A stretch of DNA of 64,000 bases from an uncultured Bacteroidaceae bacterium (GTDB lineage: Bacteria > Bacillota > Clostridia > Christensenellales > CAG-917): the NCBI GenBank assembly GCA_964599875.1, contig CAZRHE010000006.1, positions 3,246 to 67,245 on the forward strand, in the 5' to 3' direction. Below are positions 27,451 to 37,733 of the stretch, piece after piece; positions within the stretch are counted from its first letter, which is position 1, and each line of letters starts with the position of its first letter. A model generated the notes under the pieces. The model did not search any database. It was not told where the DNA came from and saw only the letters and a program-made list of their open reading frames with translations. The position numbers were made by a program, and so were the translations under genes.

Positions 27451-30400
27451 TTATGCCTCCATTGCAAATGCGGAATCGCTTCCGTCGTCCGAACCGCCGT
27501 CGGATGCGTGTTTGACCGCTTCTTCGAATTCGATTGCGACGGTCTTGGTGACGCCCTTCTCCTCCATCGTTACGCCGAAAATACTGTCTGCGTGACGCAT
27601 GGTAGGTTTACGGTGGGTGATGACGATAAATTGCGTGTAGTCGCTGAATTTCGTGATGAATTCCGCAAACAAATTCGCGTTGCTTTCGTCGAGTGCCGCG
27701 TCGATTTCGTCGAGGACGCAGAACGGCATGGGTTTCAAACTCAATATCGAGAACAATATCGCGATAGCCGTAACCGCTCTTTCACCGCCCGACAACAAGG
27801 ATATGTGACGGAGAGATTTTCCTGGAGGTTGCGCATATATCTCTATGCCCGCCTCGAGAGGATCGTCGGTTTCCGCGGTGTTAAGTTTGAGTTCGCCTTT
27901 GCCACCTCCGAAGAGTTTTGCGAATACGTCTTTGAAGTTGACTTGAATCTTCTCGAACGCATCCACGAATTTGCCCGTCATTTCTCTGGTCAGTTCCTCG
28001 ATAATGTGGTTGATATCGTCGTATGCGTTTTGAATGTCGTCCCTTTGCGTAACGTATTCTTCGTGGTGTTTCTCTTGCTCTGCGAGTTGCTCGACCGCAA
28101 GGGTGTTGACGTCGCCCAAACGGTTGATATCCTTTTTGAGTTCTTGGATTGCGGTTTTTGCGCCGTATGCCTCGAAGGTTTCGTCCTTAAATTCAAGTGC
28201 GGACGTATAGGTAAGGTCGTATTCTTCAAGAACGTGTTCTTGCAAAATTCTATTCTCGGAATCGATTCTTTCAAGCACGCCTTCGTCGCGGACTCTCTTT
28301 TCGCTGATAGCGGTTTTTTCTTCTTGGAGTTGCGTTTTGAGTTTGTCGAGGTCGATGATTTTTTGGGAAATCGCGCGTTTTCTTTCGGACAAACTTGCAA
28401 TCGCCTCTTCGAGTTCCTTGATTTTCTTTGCGTCTTCCGCACTGAACGAGGTCTTTTCGGGAGCGTTCATTATGGATGCGAGTTGATTTTCGACGGTCTT
28501 GATTTCCGCAATCTTGTCAAGTTTCTCCTCCTGAATACTCTCCATATCTCTCTTATAGCGGAATATTTCGGCATCAATAACGTCGATATCGCTCTTCGCC
28601 TGCGTCAAGCGCACGCGCAAATCCATAACTTCGGCGCGTTTGGTTTCGAGTTCGGTTTTTTGTTCACCCGACTGCGACTTGGTCGCCGCAACGAGAGTGC
28701 CGTATTCGCTTTCCTTATTCTTGACCACTTCTTCGAGTACGTCGATTGAAGAAAGTTTGCTTTCGAGGTCTTTGACGGTTGCTCTGACCTTTTCACATTC
28801 GACCGCATCTTCCGCGATTTCTTTCGTCAGTTGCTCGACTGCGTCCGCAGATGCCTTCGCCTTGTTTTCGTTCAAGGACGTTTCGATACGGAGTTCGCCG
28901 ATTTCAGTGGAAATTTGCGCGAGTTTTTCGTCGCAAACTTCGATTTCCAACTGTCTGTTTTCGCGCTCTTGCGTCAGTCTTGCGATATTGGATTTTAGTT
29001 TTTCAAGGTGCGCTTTCGCTTGTTCGATTTGCGCCTCTTGCGTGAGAAGACCGCTGGTTTGCTGTCTTCTCGAACCGCCCGTAACTTCGCCCCCTCTTGC
29101 GTAGATTTCGCCGTCGAGAGTGACGATTTTGAACGCTCTGTCGTACTTCTTCCAAAGTCTTTCAGCCGTGAGCATATTGTCGACGATAACCGTCGAGCCT
29201 ATGAGCGCGCGAACGAAATCGTCGAATTCGGGCTTGTAACTAACAAGATCCGCTGCAACGCCCAAACAACCTTGTTCGGACAAGACGGAACGCTCCAAAC
29301 TGCCTAAATCTCTTGCTCTGCACGCAGTTCTCGGACGGAAAGTCACGCGGCCGTAATTCTTTTGTTTAAGATACGTGATGAGTGCCGCGGCGTCGCGCTC
29401 GTTTTCGACGAGGACGTTTTGAAGATTTCCGCCGAGTGCGTACTCGATTGCGGATTCGTATTCCTTGGGGACGTTGATGACCTCTGCGAGCACGCCCAAA
29501 ATCTTACCGCGTAGCATAGGATCGTTTTTGGCGTCTTGCATAAGGCGTTTGACCGCCTCTTGGAATCCGGAATATTGCTCTTTGACGGAAATTTGAAGTT
29601 TCAAATTGCCTTCCGCCATACCCAACTTACTGTTGAGGCTGACAGCGTCTTCCGTGAGTCCTTTGATTGCCTCTTGACATTCTCTCTTGGTTTGGAGAAG
29701 TTCGTTATTCTCGACGATGAGTGCTTTCAACTTCTCGCTCGAGCGTTTGAGATTGCTATCGTATATAGAAAGATTGGTGGTTTCTTGGTCGAGCCTTGCT
29801 TTCTTGTCGCGGAGCAATTCCATGAGGTTTTCAAGGCGGGATTGATTTATGCCCTTCTCCTCTATGTACGATGCGGAATTACTGCGCAAATTGCCGAGTT
29901 CTTGCAACGCTTTGACGTATTCTGCGTTTTTGGTTTCGAGGTCGCTTTCACTGCCCGCAACCGTCTTTGACAAACGTTCGAACACCGCGTTTGCGTTTTC
30001 GTACTCTTTGCTTATTTTCAAGAAAGACTGCATCCCCGCCTCTTTCTTTTCTTCGGCGGCTTTGATTAAACTTTCGGACACGACTATTTGTGCGTCGATT
30101 TCTTTGAGTTCACCGTTTAAACGATTTTGGTCGGCTTGCAAGTGCGTGATTTTTTCTTTGAGCACGTTTGCCTGACCGGTCATTTTTTCGGCATCCACTT
30201 TAAGCGACAAAAGTTCCGCGTTTTGCGCCTCTGCCACTATATCGATTTGACTGCTCTCTTTTATGGTTTGTTCGTACTCTGCAGTGCAACCCAAATACGC
30301 GGCGTCTTTTGCCTCGAACGCCTTTTTGTATCCCTCAATTCTGTCGAGAACGTTTTTTCTGATTTCTTCGTTGTGCTCGTAGTTATAAATATAGAGGTTG

Positions 30401-31086
30401 ACTTCCTTGTTTTTCAAGGCGTCTTTGAGTTCGAAATACTTCTTTGCGGTTTCCGCTTGGCGACGCAACGGCACGAGATGACGCTCGATTTCCGCTATGA
30501 CGTCGTTTGCTCTTGCAAGGTTGTCTGCGGTTTTCGCGAGTTTGTTTTCAGCCTCCACCCTTTGCGCGCGGAATTTGGAAATACCTGCCGCCTCTTCGAA
30601 AATATTACGTCTGTCCTCGGGTTTTGCCGAAAGGATTTCGTCGATTCGACCTTGTCCGATAATGGAATAACCTTCCTTGCCAATACCCGTGTCGTGCAGG
30701 AGATTGATGATATCTTTCAACTTAACTCTCGTGTTGTTGAGATAGTATTCGGAAAGACCGCTCCTGTCGAGTTTACGGGAAATTGAAACTTCGTCGTACG
30801 GCAAACTGTTGAAAATGTGCTGGTCTTTATTGTTGAAAACCAGCGACACTTCGCAATAAGACATACTGCGACGCTTTTCAGTGCCCGCAAAAATGACGTC
30901 GGTCATGGTCTTACCACGCAACGACTGCGCACTTCTCTCACCGAGCGTCCAACGGATAGCCTCTGCAACGTTAGATTTGCCGCAACCGTTAGGACCGATT
31001 ATTGCGGTGAATCCGTCTTTGAGGGCGATAACGGTCTTATCCGCAAAGGATTTGAAACCGTGTAATTCGATTCTTTCGAGATTCAA
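27451..31086 (-). CDS. smc: chromosome segregation protein SMC
   Basis: 1211 aa. GPNGCGKSN Walker A, long coiled coils, hinge, LSGGE signature and VLDEIDAALD Walker B. Confidence 0.97.
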   Translation of the reverse strand: MNLERIELHGFKSFADKTVIALKDGFTAIIGPNGCGKSNVAEAIRWTLGERSAQSLRGKTMTDVIFAGTEKRRSMSYCEVSLVFNNKDQHIFNSLPYDEVSISRKLDRSGLSEYYLNNTRVKLKDIINLLHDTGIGKEGYSIIGQGRIDEILSAKPEDRRNIFEEAAGISKFRAQRVEAENKLAKTADNLARANDVIAEIERHLVPLRRQAETAKKYFELKDALKNKEVNLYIYNYEHNEEIRKNVLDRIEGYKKAFEAKDAAYLGCTAEYEQTIKESSQIDIVAEAQNAELLSLKVDAEKMTGQANVLKEKITHLQADQNRLNGELKEIDAQIVVSESLIKAAEEKKEAGMQSFLKISKEYENANAVFERLSKTVAGSESDLETKNAEYVKALQELGNLRSNSASYIEEKGINQSRLENLMELLRDKKARLDQETTNLSIYDSNLKRSSEKLKALIVENNELLQTKRECQEAIKGLTEDAVSLNSKLGMAEGNLKLQISVKEQYSGFQEAVKRLMQDAKNDPMLRGKILGVLAEVINVPKEYESAIEYALGGNLQNVLVENERDAAALITYLKQKNYGRVTFRPRTACRARDLGSLERSVLSEQGCLGVAADLVSYKPEFDDFVRALIGSTVIVDNMLTAERLWKKYDRAFKIVTLDGEIYARGGEVTGGSRRQQTSGLLTQEAQIEQAKAHLEKLKSNIARLTQERENRQLEIEVCDEKLAQISTEIGELRIETSLNENKAKASADAVEQLTKEIAEDAVECEKVRATVKDLESKLSSIDVLEEVVKNKESEYGTLVAATKSQSGEQKTELETKRAEVMDLRVRLTQAKSDIDVIDAEIFRYKRDMESIQEEKLDKIAEIKTVENQLASIMNAPEKTSFSAEDAKKIKELEEAIASLSERKRAISQKIIDLDKLKTQLQEEKTAISEKRVRDEGVLERIDSENRILQEHVLEEYDLTYTSALEFKDETFEAYGAKTAIQELKKDINRLGDVNTLAVEQLAEQEKHHEEYVTQRDDIQNAYDDINHIIEELTREMTGKFVDAFEKIQVNFKDVFAKLFGGGKGELKLNTAETDDPLEAGIEIYAQPPGKSLRHISLLSGGERAVTAIAILFSILSLKPMPFCVLDEIDAALDESNANLFAEFITKFSDYTQFIVITHRKPTMRHADSIFGVTMEEKGVTKTVAIEFEEAVKHASDGGSDDGSDSAFAMEA

Positions 31087-31147
31087 AATATATACCTCTA
31101 ATATTATTTAGACGATTATAACATATAAATCCTATGATTTCAAGCAA

Positions 31148-31180
31148 AATAAAAAATGTTTCACGGGATTTGTGAAACAT
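31148..31180 (-). terminator. intrinsic terminator after rnc
   Basis: 9-bp stem ATGTTTCAC/GTGAAACAT, 7-nt loop. T-run on the minus strand. Confidence 0.75.
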
Positions 31181-31201
31181 TCCTTTTCAAGTATGAAAAT
31201 C

Positions 31202-31879
31202 TTATCCGAGCAACTTATCGAGAGCGGCTTTTGCGGCGGCTTGCTGCGCCTGCGCTTTCGTGTTGCCCACGCCGTCGCCATACTCCACTCCGTTTATGAA
31301 AACCGCCCAAGTAAAAACGGGTTTATGATCCGGACCGACTTTGCTTTTCAAGACGTAATCCACGTTCAAATCGTGTTTGAAAGCGTATTCGTTGAGTTCA
31401 GACTTGCTGTCCTCCGTCATTTTTATGCCGTAAAACCTGTCGCCGAGCATAGTAAGGACGTATTTTTTCACCTCGTCCATTCCGCCGTCGAGATAAATCG
31501 CACCTGCGATAGCCTCGAACAAATCGCATTTAATGGACGGATGCGTATAAATCTTCGAACGAGTTTCCCCTATGCCGAATTTCATCATTTCGGCTATTCT
31601 AACTGATTCGATTGCGTCGGATAGCGGTTTTTCGCTGACGAGTTTTATGCGCATTTTGGTGAGCACGCCCTCGTCTTTATCGGGATAAGTCTGATAAAGT
31701 TTTTCCGCAACGACGAAACCTACTATGCTGTCCCCCAAAAATTCAAGGTCTTCGTAGTTTTTGCCGGGGATTGTCGAATAGGACGAGTGTGTAAAAGCGC
31801 GCGAAAGCAAGGTTTTATCCTTAAAGACGTAACCGATTGCATTTTCGATGAACGCTATTTCGTCCTTATTCAGCGCCAT
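31202..31879 (-). CDS. rnc: ribonuclease III
   Basis: NYEDLEFLGDS signature and a C-terminal dsRBD (..GPDHKPVFT..). Confidence 0.95.
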   Translation of the reverse strand: MALNKDEIAFIENAIGYVFKDKTLLSRAFTHSSYSTIPGKNYEDLEFLGDSIVGFVVAEKLYQTYPDKDEGVLTKMRIKLVSEKPLSDAIESVRIAEMMKFGIGETRSKIYTHPSIKCDLFEAIAGAIYLDGGMDEVKKYVLTMLGDRFYGIKMTEDSKSELNEYAFKHDLNVDYVLKSKVGPDHKPVFTWAVFINGVEYGDGVGNTKAQAQQAAAKAALDKLLG

Positions 31880-32876
31880 TCAACTCTACTCCCACCCTGA
31901 TTTTTTCGGGAAGATTGTTTTCGGCAAGTGCTTTCGCCATCAAAATACTTCCGCATATCGACGTGCGTTTCGAACTTCCGTGAGATTTCACGACGACTTT
32001 TTTACAGCCGAGGAAGACCGCGCCGCCTTGAGAATTGTAGTCGAGTTTGTGTTTTACCGTACGAAGTACGGGTTTAAGAAGAAGTGCGCCGACTTTGGTT
32101 TTGATTCCGCCGTTATTTACGCCGTCCATTAGAATGGAGAAAATCGCGCCCGCAGTGCCTTCTGCGGATTTCAGAGCAATATTGCCGTTGAAACCGTCGC
32201 AAACGACGACGTCGAAATCTCCCGATAAGATATCTCTTGCCTCGCAATTTCCGACGAAATTCAAATTTTTATCCGCTTTCAAAAGCGCGAACGCCTCTTG
32301 ATTGAGTGCGTTGCCTTTGTGGTCTTCCGCTCCGTTCGACAATAGTCCTATAACGGGATTTTCTATGCCGAGCATACTTTCGCTGAACGCCTTTGCCATG
32401 ATCGCGAAATGGTGAAGATTGACCGCTTTGCAATCGACGTTTGCGCCGCAATCGCAAAGAATGACTTTCTTATCCCCTTTCACGGTAGGAAGAATAGGCG
32501 CGAGTGCGGGACGAGTTATACCCTTGATTTTGCCGAGTTTCATATACGAACCGACCAAAACCGCTCCCGTCGAGCCCGCCGAAACCATGCCGCCGACTTC
32601 TTCGTCCGAATTTGCACAGTCGAAAGCGCGCACGAGAGAACTGTTTTTCTTGTGCATGATAGCGGTCGTTGGCACATCGTCGTTGGTGACGACGTCTTTT
32701 GCGTCCACGTACTCTACTCTGTTTTCGACTTCGGCAAGGACGGATTTATCGAATTTATCCACGTCGCCGACCAAAACCACTTTCAAAGTTTCGTCTTGTT
32801 TCAGTGCGTCCGCGGTGCCTAAAATGATTTGTTCGGGAGCGAAATCCCCTCCCATTGCGTCAACTACGATTTTCAT
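31866..32876 (-). CDS. plsX: phosphate acyltransferase PlsX
   Basis: MKIVVDAMGGDFAP start, 336 aa. Confidence 0.95.
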   Translation of the reverse strand: MKIVVDAMGGDFAPEQIILGTADALKQDETLKVVLVGDVDKFDKSVLAEVENRVEYVDAKDVVTNDDVPTTAIMHKKNSSLVRAFDCANSDEEVGGMVSAGSTGAVLVGSYMKLGKIKGITRPALAPILPTVKGDKKVILCDCGANVDCKAVNLHHFAIMAKAFSESMLGIENPVIGLLSNGAEDHKGNALNQEAFALLKADKNLNFVGNCEARDILSGDFDVVVCDGFNGNIALKSAEGTAGAIFSILMDGVNNGGIKTKVGALLLKPVLRTVKHKLDYNSQGGAVFLGCKKVVVKSHGSSKRTSICGSILMAKALAENNLPEKIRVGVELNGAE

Positions 32877-32884
32877 AAAAGTAT

Positions 32885-32912
32885 AGAAAAAGAGAGCGGA
32901 AAACCGCTCTCT
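32885..32912 (-). terminator. intrinsic terminator after rpmF
   Basis: 9-bp stem AGAGAGCGG/CCGCTCTCT, loop AAAA. T-run on the minus strand. Confidence 0.75.
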
Positions 32913-32922
32913 TCCGTTTCAA

Positions 32923-33108
32923 TTATTTTTCTTCTTTTTTGTCAACTACTTGCTCGCCGTCATAGTAACCGCATTTAGGGCAAACTACGTGGCTCTTTTT
33001 GAGTTCGTGGCATTGAGGGCATTCAACAAGACCGGGTGCTTTAATCTTCCAGTTTGCAAAACGGGAGTTGGTCTTGGATTTTGAAATCTTATTTTTAGGT
33101 AGTGCCAT
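32923..33108 (-). CDS. rpmF: 50S ribosomal protein L32
   Basis: 61 aa. MALPKNKISKSK... and zinc-ribbon CPQC...CPKC. Confidence 0.95.
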   Translation of the reverse strand: MALPKNKISKSKTNSRFANWKIKAPGLVECPQCHELKKSHVVCPKCGYYDGEQVVDKKEEK

Positions 33109-33149
33109 ATCTATATCCTCCGACTAGTATTTCTTATTTAACTTGTTTG

Positions 33150-33178
33150 ATTATAGAGAATAATCGTCAAGTTGTCAA
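33150..33178 (-). promoter_or_regulatory. consensus sigma-A promoter (TTGACA-17-TATAAT) for rpmF
   Basis: Read on the minus strand: TTGACA = 33178-33173, TATAAT = 33155-33150. Confidence 0.7.
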
Positions 33179-33190
33179 ACGATTTTGCGT

Positions 33191-34402
33191 TTAATTTTTC
33201 GACGTGAGTTCTTTCACTTCGCGAGCGATGGAAAGTTCTTCGTTCGTACACACTATCAAAATCTTGTTTTTGCTATCCGCGGTTTGCAATTCGTAAATGC
33301 CGGGTTCGTATCCGCGAATGTATTGCGAGTTGATATCGAGGTCGAGTTTGGTGCCGAGATAATCCATATCTTCCATGACGATTTCGCGCATGACGTTGCT
33401 GTGTTCGCCGATGCCGCCCGTGAAGACGATTGCGTCCACGCCGTTGAGTGCCGCCGCATACGAGCCGATATACTTCTTGATTCTGTATCCCGCCGCTTCG
33501 ATTGCGATAGTGCTCTTCTCGTCCCCTTGATCGCGGAGAGGTTCGAGATCTCTCATATCCGAAGTGCCGCTTGCGCTCATGCCTTTAAGACCACATTCCT
33601 TGTTGAGATAGGTGACCATTTCGGACGTATTCTTGCCGAGTTTCTTGCCGAGATATTCGACTGCCGCAGGGTCGATATCGCCGCTTCTGGTGCCCATAAT
33701 AAGACCTTCGAGCGGGGTGAATCCCATGGAAGTGTCTATGCATTTGCCGTCCTTGACTGCGGAAATACTGCTTCCGTTTCCGAGGTGGCAGATGATGAGT
33801 TTCGCATGAGGATTGCCAAGATATTTAATTGCTTCTTCGCTTACGAATTTGTGAGAAGTACCGTGGAATCCGTATTTACGGACTTTATATTTTTCGTAAT
33901 CTTCCCACTTAATGCCGTACATATACGCCTTGGGAGGCATGGTGCTATGGAAGGTGGTGTCGAAAACCGCGACCATAGGAGTTTCGGGCATAACTTCTCT
34001 GCAACTCTTTATGCAAGCGATGTTGCCGGGCATGTGAAGAGGTCCGAGTTCCGCATTTTTTTCGCAGATAGCGATGACTTCGTCGTCGATAACGACGGAC
34101 TTGTCAAAGTCTTCTCCGCTATGGAGAACTCTGTGACCGACCGCGTGGATTTCGTCGACGGACTTGATTGCGCCGTATTCGGAATCGACGAGTGCTTTGA
34201 GGACGAGTTCGAGTGCGTCTTTGTGGGTGGGCAAATCTTGCTTGACAACGAGTTTTTTGCCCGTGCTTTCGAGTTTTTGGGTGAGAATGCCGCCTTCCCC
34301 TATTCTTTCGCAAATACCGGTGATGAGCGCGCTTTCGTTGTCCATATCGATAAGTTGATATTTAAGGGACGAACTTCCTGCATTGAGAACCAAAATTTTC
34401 AT
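33191..34402 (-). CDS. ackA: acetate kinase
   Basis: MKILVLNAGSSSLKYQL start, 403 aa. Confidence 0.96.
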   Translation of the reverse strand: MKILVLNAGSSSLKYQLIDMDNESALITGICERIGEGGILTQKLESTGKKLVVKQDLPTHKDALELVLKALVDSEYGAIKSVDEIHAVGHRVLHSGEDFDKSVVIDDEVIAICEKNAELGPLHMPGNIACIKSCREVMPETPMVAVFDTTFHSTMPPKAYMYGIKWEDYEKYKVRKYGFHGTSHKFVSEEAIKYLGNPHAKLIICHLGNGSSISAVKDGKCIDTSMGFTPLEGLIMGTRSGDIDPAAVEYLGKKLGKNTSEMVTYLNKECGLKGMSASGTSDMRDLEPLRDQGDEKSTIAIEAAGYRIKKYIGSYAAALNGVDAIVFTGGIGEHSNVMREIVMEDMDYLGTKLDLDINSQYIRGYEPGIYELQTADSKNKILIVCTNEELSIAREVKELTSKN

Positions 34403-34429
34403 ATCTATCTTTCCTTTTCTTTATTTCGA

Positions 34430-35431
34430 TTATTTTACGCTTTGGAGTGCCGTGATTGCCGCGACCGCCGCGATATCTTCCGCTACGCAACCGCGAGAGA
34501 GGTCGTTGACGGGGAGATCAAGTCCTTGCATGATGGGACCGACCGCCATAAAGTTGCCGAGGCGTTGTGCGATTTTGTAGCCAATATTGCCTGCGTCGAG
34601 GTTGGGGAATACGAATACGTTCGCTTGACCCGCAACAGTGCTTTCAGGGGCTTTTTGTTTGCCGACGGAAGACACGAGGGACGCGTCGAATTGCATTTCG
34701 CCGTCGACGTCGATTTCGGGATGTTCCGCCTTGACTTTTGCATATGCGTTTCTGACTTTTTCGACGGATTCGTGATTTGCACTACCCTTCGTAGAGAAAC
34801 TGAGCATTGCGATTTTAGGCTCGATTTCCACGATTTTCTTCGCACTGTCGTACGCCGCGACGACGACGTCTGCAAGTTGGTCTTCGGTGGGATAAGGAAT
34901 GACCGCACAATCGGAGAAAATGAATGCGGGTGCGTTTTGATATTTGAATCCTTCTTCGGGAGGAATCATGATGAAACAACTGGACACGCTCTTGATGCCG
35001 GGAGCGGGCTTGATGACTTGGAACGCCGCTCTGGATACGTCCGCGGACGAGAAAACCGCTCCGCCGACTACGCCGTCTACGTCGCCGCATTTGAGTGCGG
35101 TGCAAGCATAAAACATATTGTTGGACTTCACGAGATTGAGCGCGCCTTCTTCGGTCATGCCCTTCGCTTTGCGAAGTTCGTAAAGTTTTTCGGCGTATTT
35201 CGCAGTGTTTTCAGAGGTTGCGGGATTGTCGAACACGACGCCCGTGAAATCGATTTCGGGGAATTTTGCTTTCGCTTCGTTTTCATCTCCTATAAGGACG
35301 ACTTTGCACACGCCTTTTTTCGTGAGAATTTCCGCCGCTTTGCACGCTCTGACGTCGAAACCTTCGGCAAGCGCTATGGTTTTGCCGAGTTTAGACGCTC
35401 TTGCCATAAGATTGTCCAAAAATTGTGACAT
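34430..35431 (-). CDS. pta: phosphate acetyltransferase
   Basis: I trimmed the start to ATG 35431 (MSQFLDNLMARA...), preceded by GGAG. 333 aa of PTA_PTB type. It lies upstream of ackA. Confidence 0.92.
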   Translation of the reverse strand: MSQFLDNLMARASKLGKTIALAEGFDVRACKAAEILTKKGVCKVVLIGDENEAKAKFPEIDFTGVVFDNPATSENTAKYAEKLYELRKAKGMTEEGALNLVKSNNMFYACTALKCGDVDGVVGGAVFSSADVSRAAFQVIKPAPGIKSVSSCFIMIPPEEGFKYQNAPAFIFSDCAVIPYPTEDQLADVVVAAYDSAKKIVEIEPKIAMLSFSTKGSANHESVEKVRNAYAKVKAEHPEIDVDGEMQFDASLVSSVGKQKAPESTVAGQANVFVFPNLDAGNIGYKIAQRLGNFMAVGPIMQGLDLPVNDLSRGCVAEDIAAVAAITALQSVK

Positions 35432-35543
35432 TTTTTCACTCCTAAATAATGTATCGAAATTTGTTGCCTTAATTTCAAAAGCATATATAATTATAATATA
35501 ATTCAAGAAAAATGCAACCGATTGAATCAAAGTGAGAAAATAA

Positions 35544-36647
35544 GTGAAAGTTACGGCTATTATCGCAGAATACAATCCGTTCCACAACGGACATCTAAAA
35601 CAAATCCGCAAGGCAAAAAGAGAAACGGGTGCGGATATCCTCGCAGTCGTCATGAGCGGCAGTTTTACCGAGCGCGGAGATATCTGCGTCGCGAACAAAT
35701 ATACTCGCGCAAACTGGGCGATTCAGGCGGGCGCGGACGTCGTTATAGAACTTCCCACCGTCTATTCCTTGTCAACCGCTAAAACCTTTGCCGAAGGCGC
35801 ACTCAAAACCCTCTCTATGTTCGGTGAATTTACCCTTTGTTTCGGCACCGAAACCGAAGAATTGAACGATTTAAGCATGGTTGCGGAGTTTATGGCGTCC
35901 GAATCAAACGATATGTCCAAAATGCTGAAAGGCTTTTTGTCGGAGGGCTACTCCGTCGCTAAATCGCGCACAATGGCTCTCGGCGAAATCCGTCCGGATA
36001 TTGCCAATATGCTCCAAACTCCCAACAACATTCTTGCCGTCGAGTATATTAAAGCAAGCGCAAAATACGGCGACCTCGTTCATCACCACAATATTCCGAG
36101 AATCCCCGACAACGATAGGACTATTGCGTCCTCCACGAAAATCAGAAATCGTCTTTACGGCGGAGAGGACTTCTCTCGCCTCGTCCCCGAATTCGTCAAG
36201 CCCGATGAGATGAACGTAAATCCCACCACCTATCAAACCATATCGACGTACGCGCTGAAATCCAAAACCACTGACGAACTTGCAGAAATCACGAATATCT
36301 CCGAAGGTATGGAAAATCGCATTTCAAAATCCGATTTTAACACTTTCGAGGAGTTTTTGGAACTTACGACGAGAAGATACACCCGCTCCACCATTAAGCG
36401 CATTGCAGCGTGCACTGCGGTCGGCGTCACGAAAAGCCTACTCGAACTTGCTCAAACCGAAAAGCCCTATACGACAGTGCTTGCGATAAAAGACAGCAAA
36501 CGCAAAAAGATTCTTCCCTTGCTTTCCCAAGCGGACGGATATTTCTACTATAAACCGAGCGACTGTCCCAAAGACTCCCCTGTTAGACCGCTTATCGACC
36601 TCGACTTGAAAGCGGCGAAAATTTTGACGCTTTGCACGAAAGGCTAA
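35544..36647 (+). CDS. tmcAL: tRNA(Met) cytidine acetate ligase (UPF0348/YlbM-type nucleotidyltransferase)
   Basis: GTG start. AIIAEYNPFHNGHL nucleotidyltransferase motif. 367 aa. Confidence 0.8.
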   Translation: MKVTAIIAEYNPFHNGHLKQIRKAKRETGADILAVVMSGSFTERGDICVANKYTRANWAIQAGADVVIELPTVYSLSTAKTFAEGALKTLSMFGEFTLCFGTETEELNDLSMVAEFMASESNDMSKMLKGFLSEGYSVAKSRTMALGEIRPDIANMLQTPNNILAVEYIKASAKYGDLVHHHNIPRIPDNDRTIASSTKIRNRLYGGEDFSRLVPEFVKPDEMNVNPTTYQTISTYALKSKTTDELAEITNISEGMENRISKSDFNTFEEFLELTTRRYTRSTIKRIAACTAVGVTKSLLELAQTEKPYTTVLAIKDSKRKKILPLLSQADGYFYYKPSDCPKDSPVRPLIDLDLKAAKILTLCTKG

Positions 36648-36735
36648 TTGAATATCTAAACGGATAAAATCAATTTTTGCAAAATTAAAATCGCACGCGC
36701 CGCATTATCTTAACGAATGCGGCGTATTTTTTATC

Positions 36736-37647
36736 GTGAAGAAAATCGGACTGACGATATCCCTATTGATATTTATGTCGCTAATACTTATCAAACCCGA
36801 CTATTTCGTGCGCTCCGCGGCGGAGGGACTGTCGCTGTTTGCCTCTACCGTTTTACCCGCGATTTTCCCCTTTTTCTTTTGTTCGTTACTGCTTTCAAAA
36901 TGCGGCGGCGTTTTCGCAATATCCGAAGTTTTCGGAAAACCCGTCAAAAAACTTTTTAACGCACCGGAAATTTCCGCGTTTCCTTTGTTTATATCACTAT
37001 TAAGCGGATATCCGTCGGGTGCGTCCACTCTCAAAAGCCTTTACGACGACGGATATGCGGACAAGAAAACAATCGAAAGTATGCTGTCGTTCACTTCTAC
37101 CTCCGGACCGCTATTTATATTAGGAACGGTCGGCGCGGCGATTTACGACGATTACTTAATCGGCGTCGTTATTTTGATTTCGCACTATATAGCGACTTTT
37201 CTCAACGGATTACTATGGCGAAAAAAGTCGAATTATAATCAAAATAATAAGCAAATTTTAACCATAAACGTTGACAACGCGGTGAGCGAATCCATTTCGT
37301 CGTCTACTCTTGCGATGTTGTCCGTCGGCGGATATATAGTCGTGTGCAATATGATTATAGACGCGCTCGCGCTAATCCCTATAGACTTTCCGCCCGTATT
37401 GTCCGCGATTATTTACGGTGGCATAGAAATAACGAGAGGTACGATTTTTGCAAAGGAAATAACCTATCTTCCCCTGTCCGTAGCGACTGCAAGTGCGATA
37501 TGCACTTTAGGCGGACTGTCCGTCACGTTGCAATCATACGGCTTTTTGTCCGCGTGCGGAATAAAATTGAAAGACTATTTGTTGCGTAAAATCACTCAAA
37601 CAATCTTCGCTTTTTTGATTTCATTAATTTTTTCTTTATTTTTTTGA
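36736..37647 (+). CDS. ylbJ: YlbJ-like sporulation integral membrane protein (nucleoside-recognition-type)
   Basis: 303 aa, multi-TM, GTG start. Synteny with the ylbM homolog. Confidence 0.55.
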   Translation: MKKIGLTISLLIFMSLILIKPDYFVRSAAEGLSLFASTVLPAIFPFFFCSLLLSKCGGVFAISEVFGKPVKKLFNAPEISAFPLFISLLSGYPSGASTLKSLYDDGYADKKTIESMLSFTSTSGPLFILGTVGAAIYDDYLIGVVILISHYIATFLNGLLWRKKSNYNQNNKQILTINVDNAVSESISSSTLAMLSVGGYIVVCNMIIDALALIPIDFPPVLSAIIYGGIEITRGTIFAKEITYLPLSVATASAICTLGGLSVTLQSYGFLSACGIKLKDYLLRKITQTIFAFLISLIFSLFF

Positions 37648-37733
37648 CATAAAACGTTGACTTTACACAATTTTACCATATATGCTATTGGCAAAACGTT
37701 TTTTAATATTTTTTTCGGAGGTTTCATTTAATT

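Noticed and set aside
33185-35428. A 747-aa plus-strand ORF.
   Set aside because: It runs antisense across two separate, well-supported genes (ackA and pta) and their intergenic spacer. It has no motifs. It is a shadow ORF.
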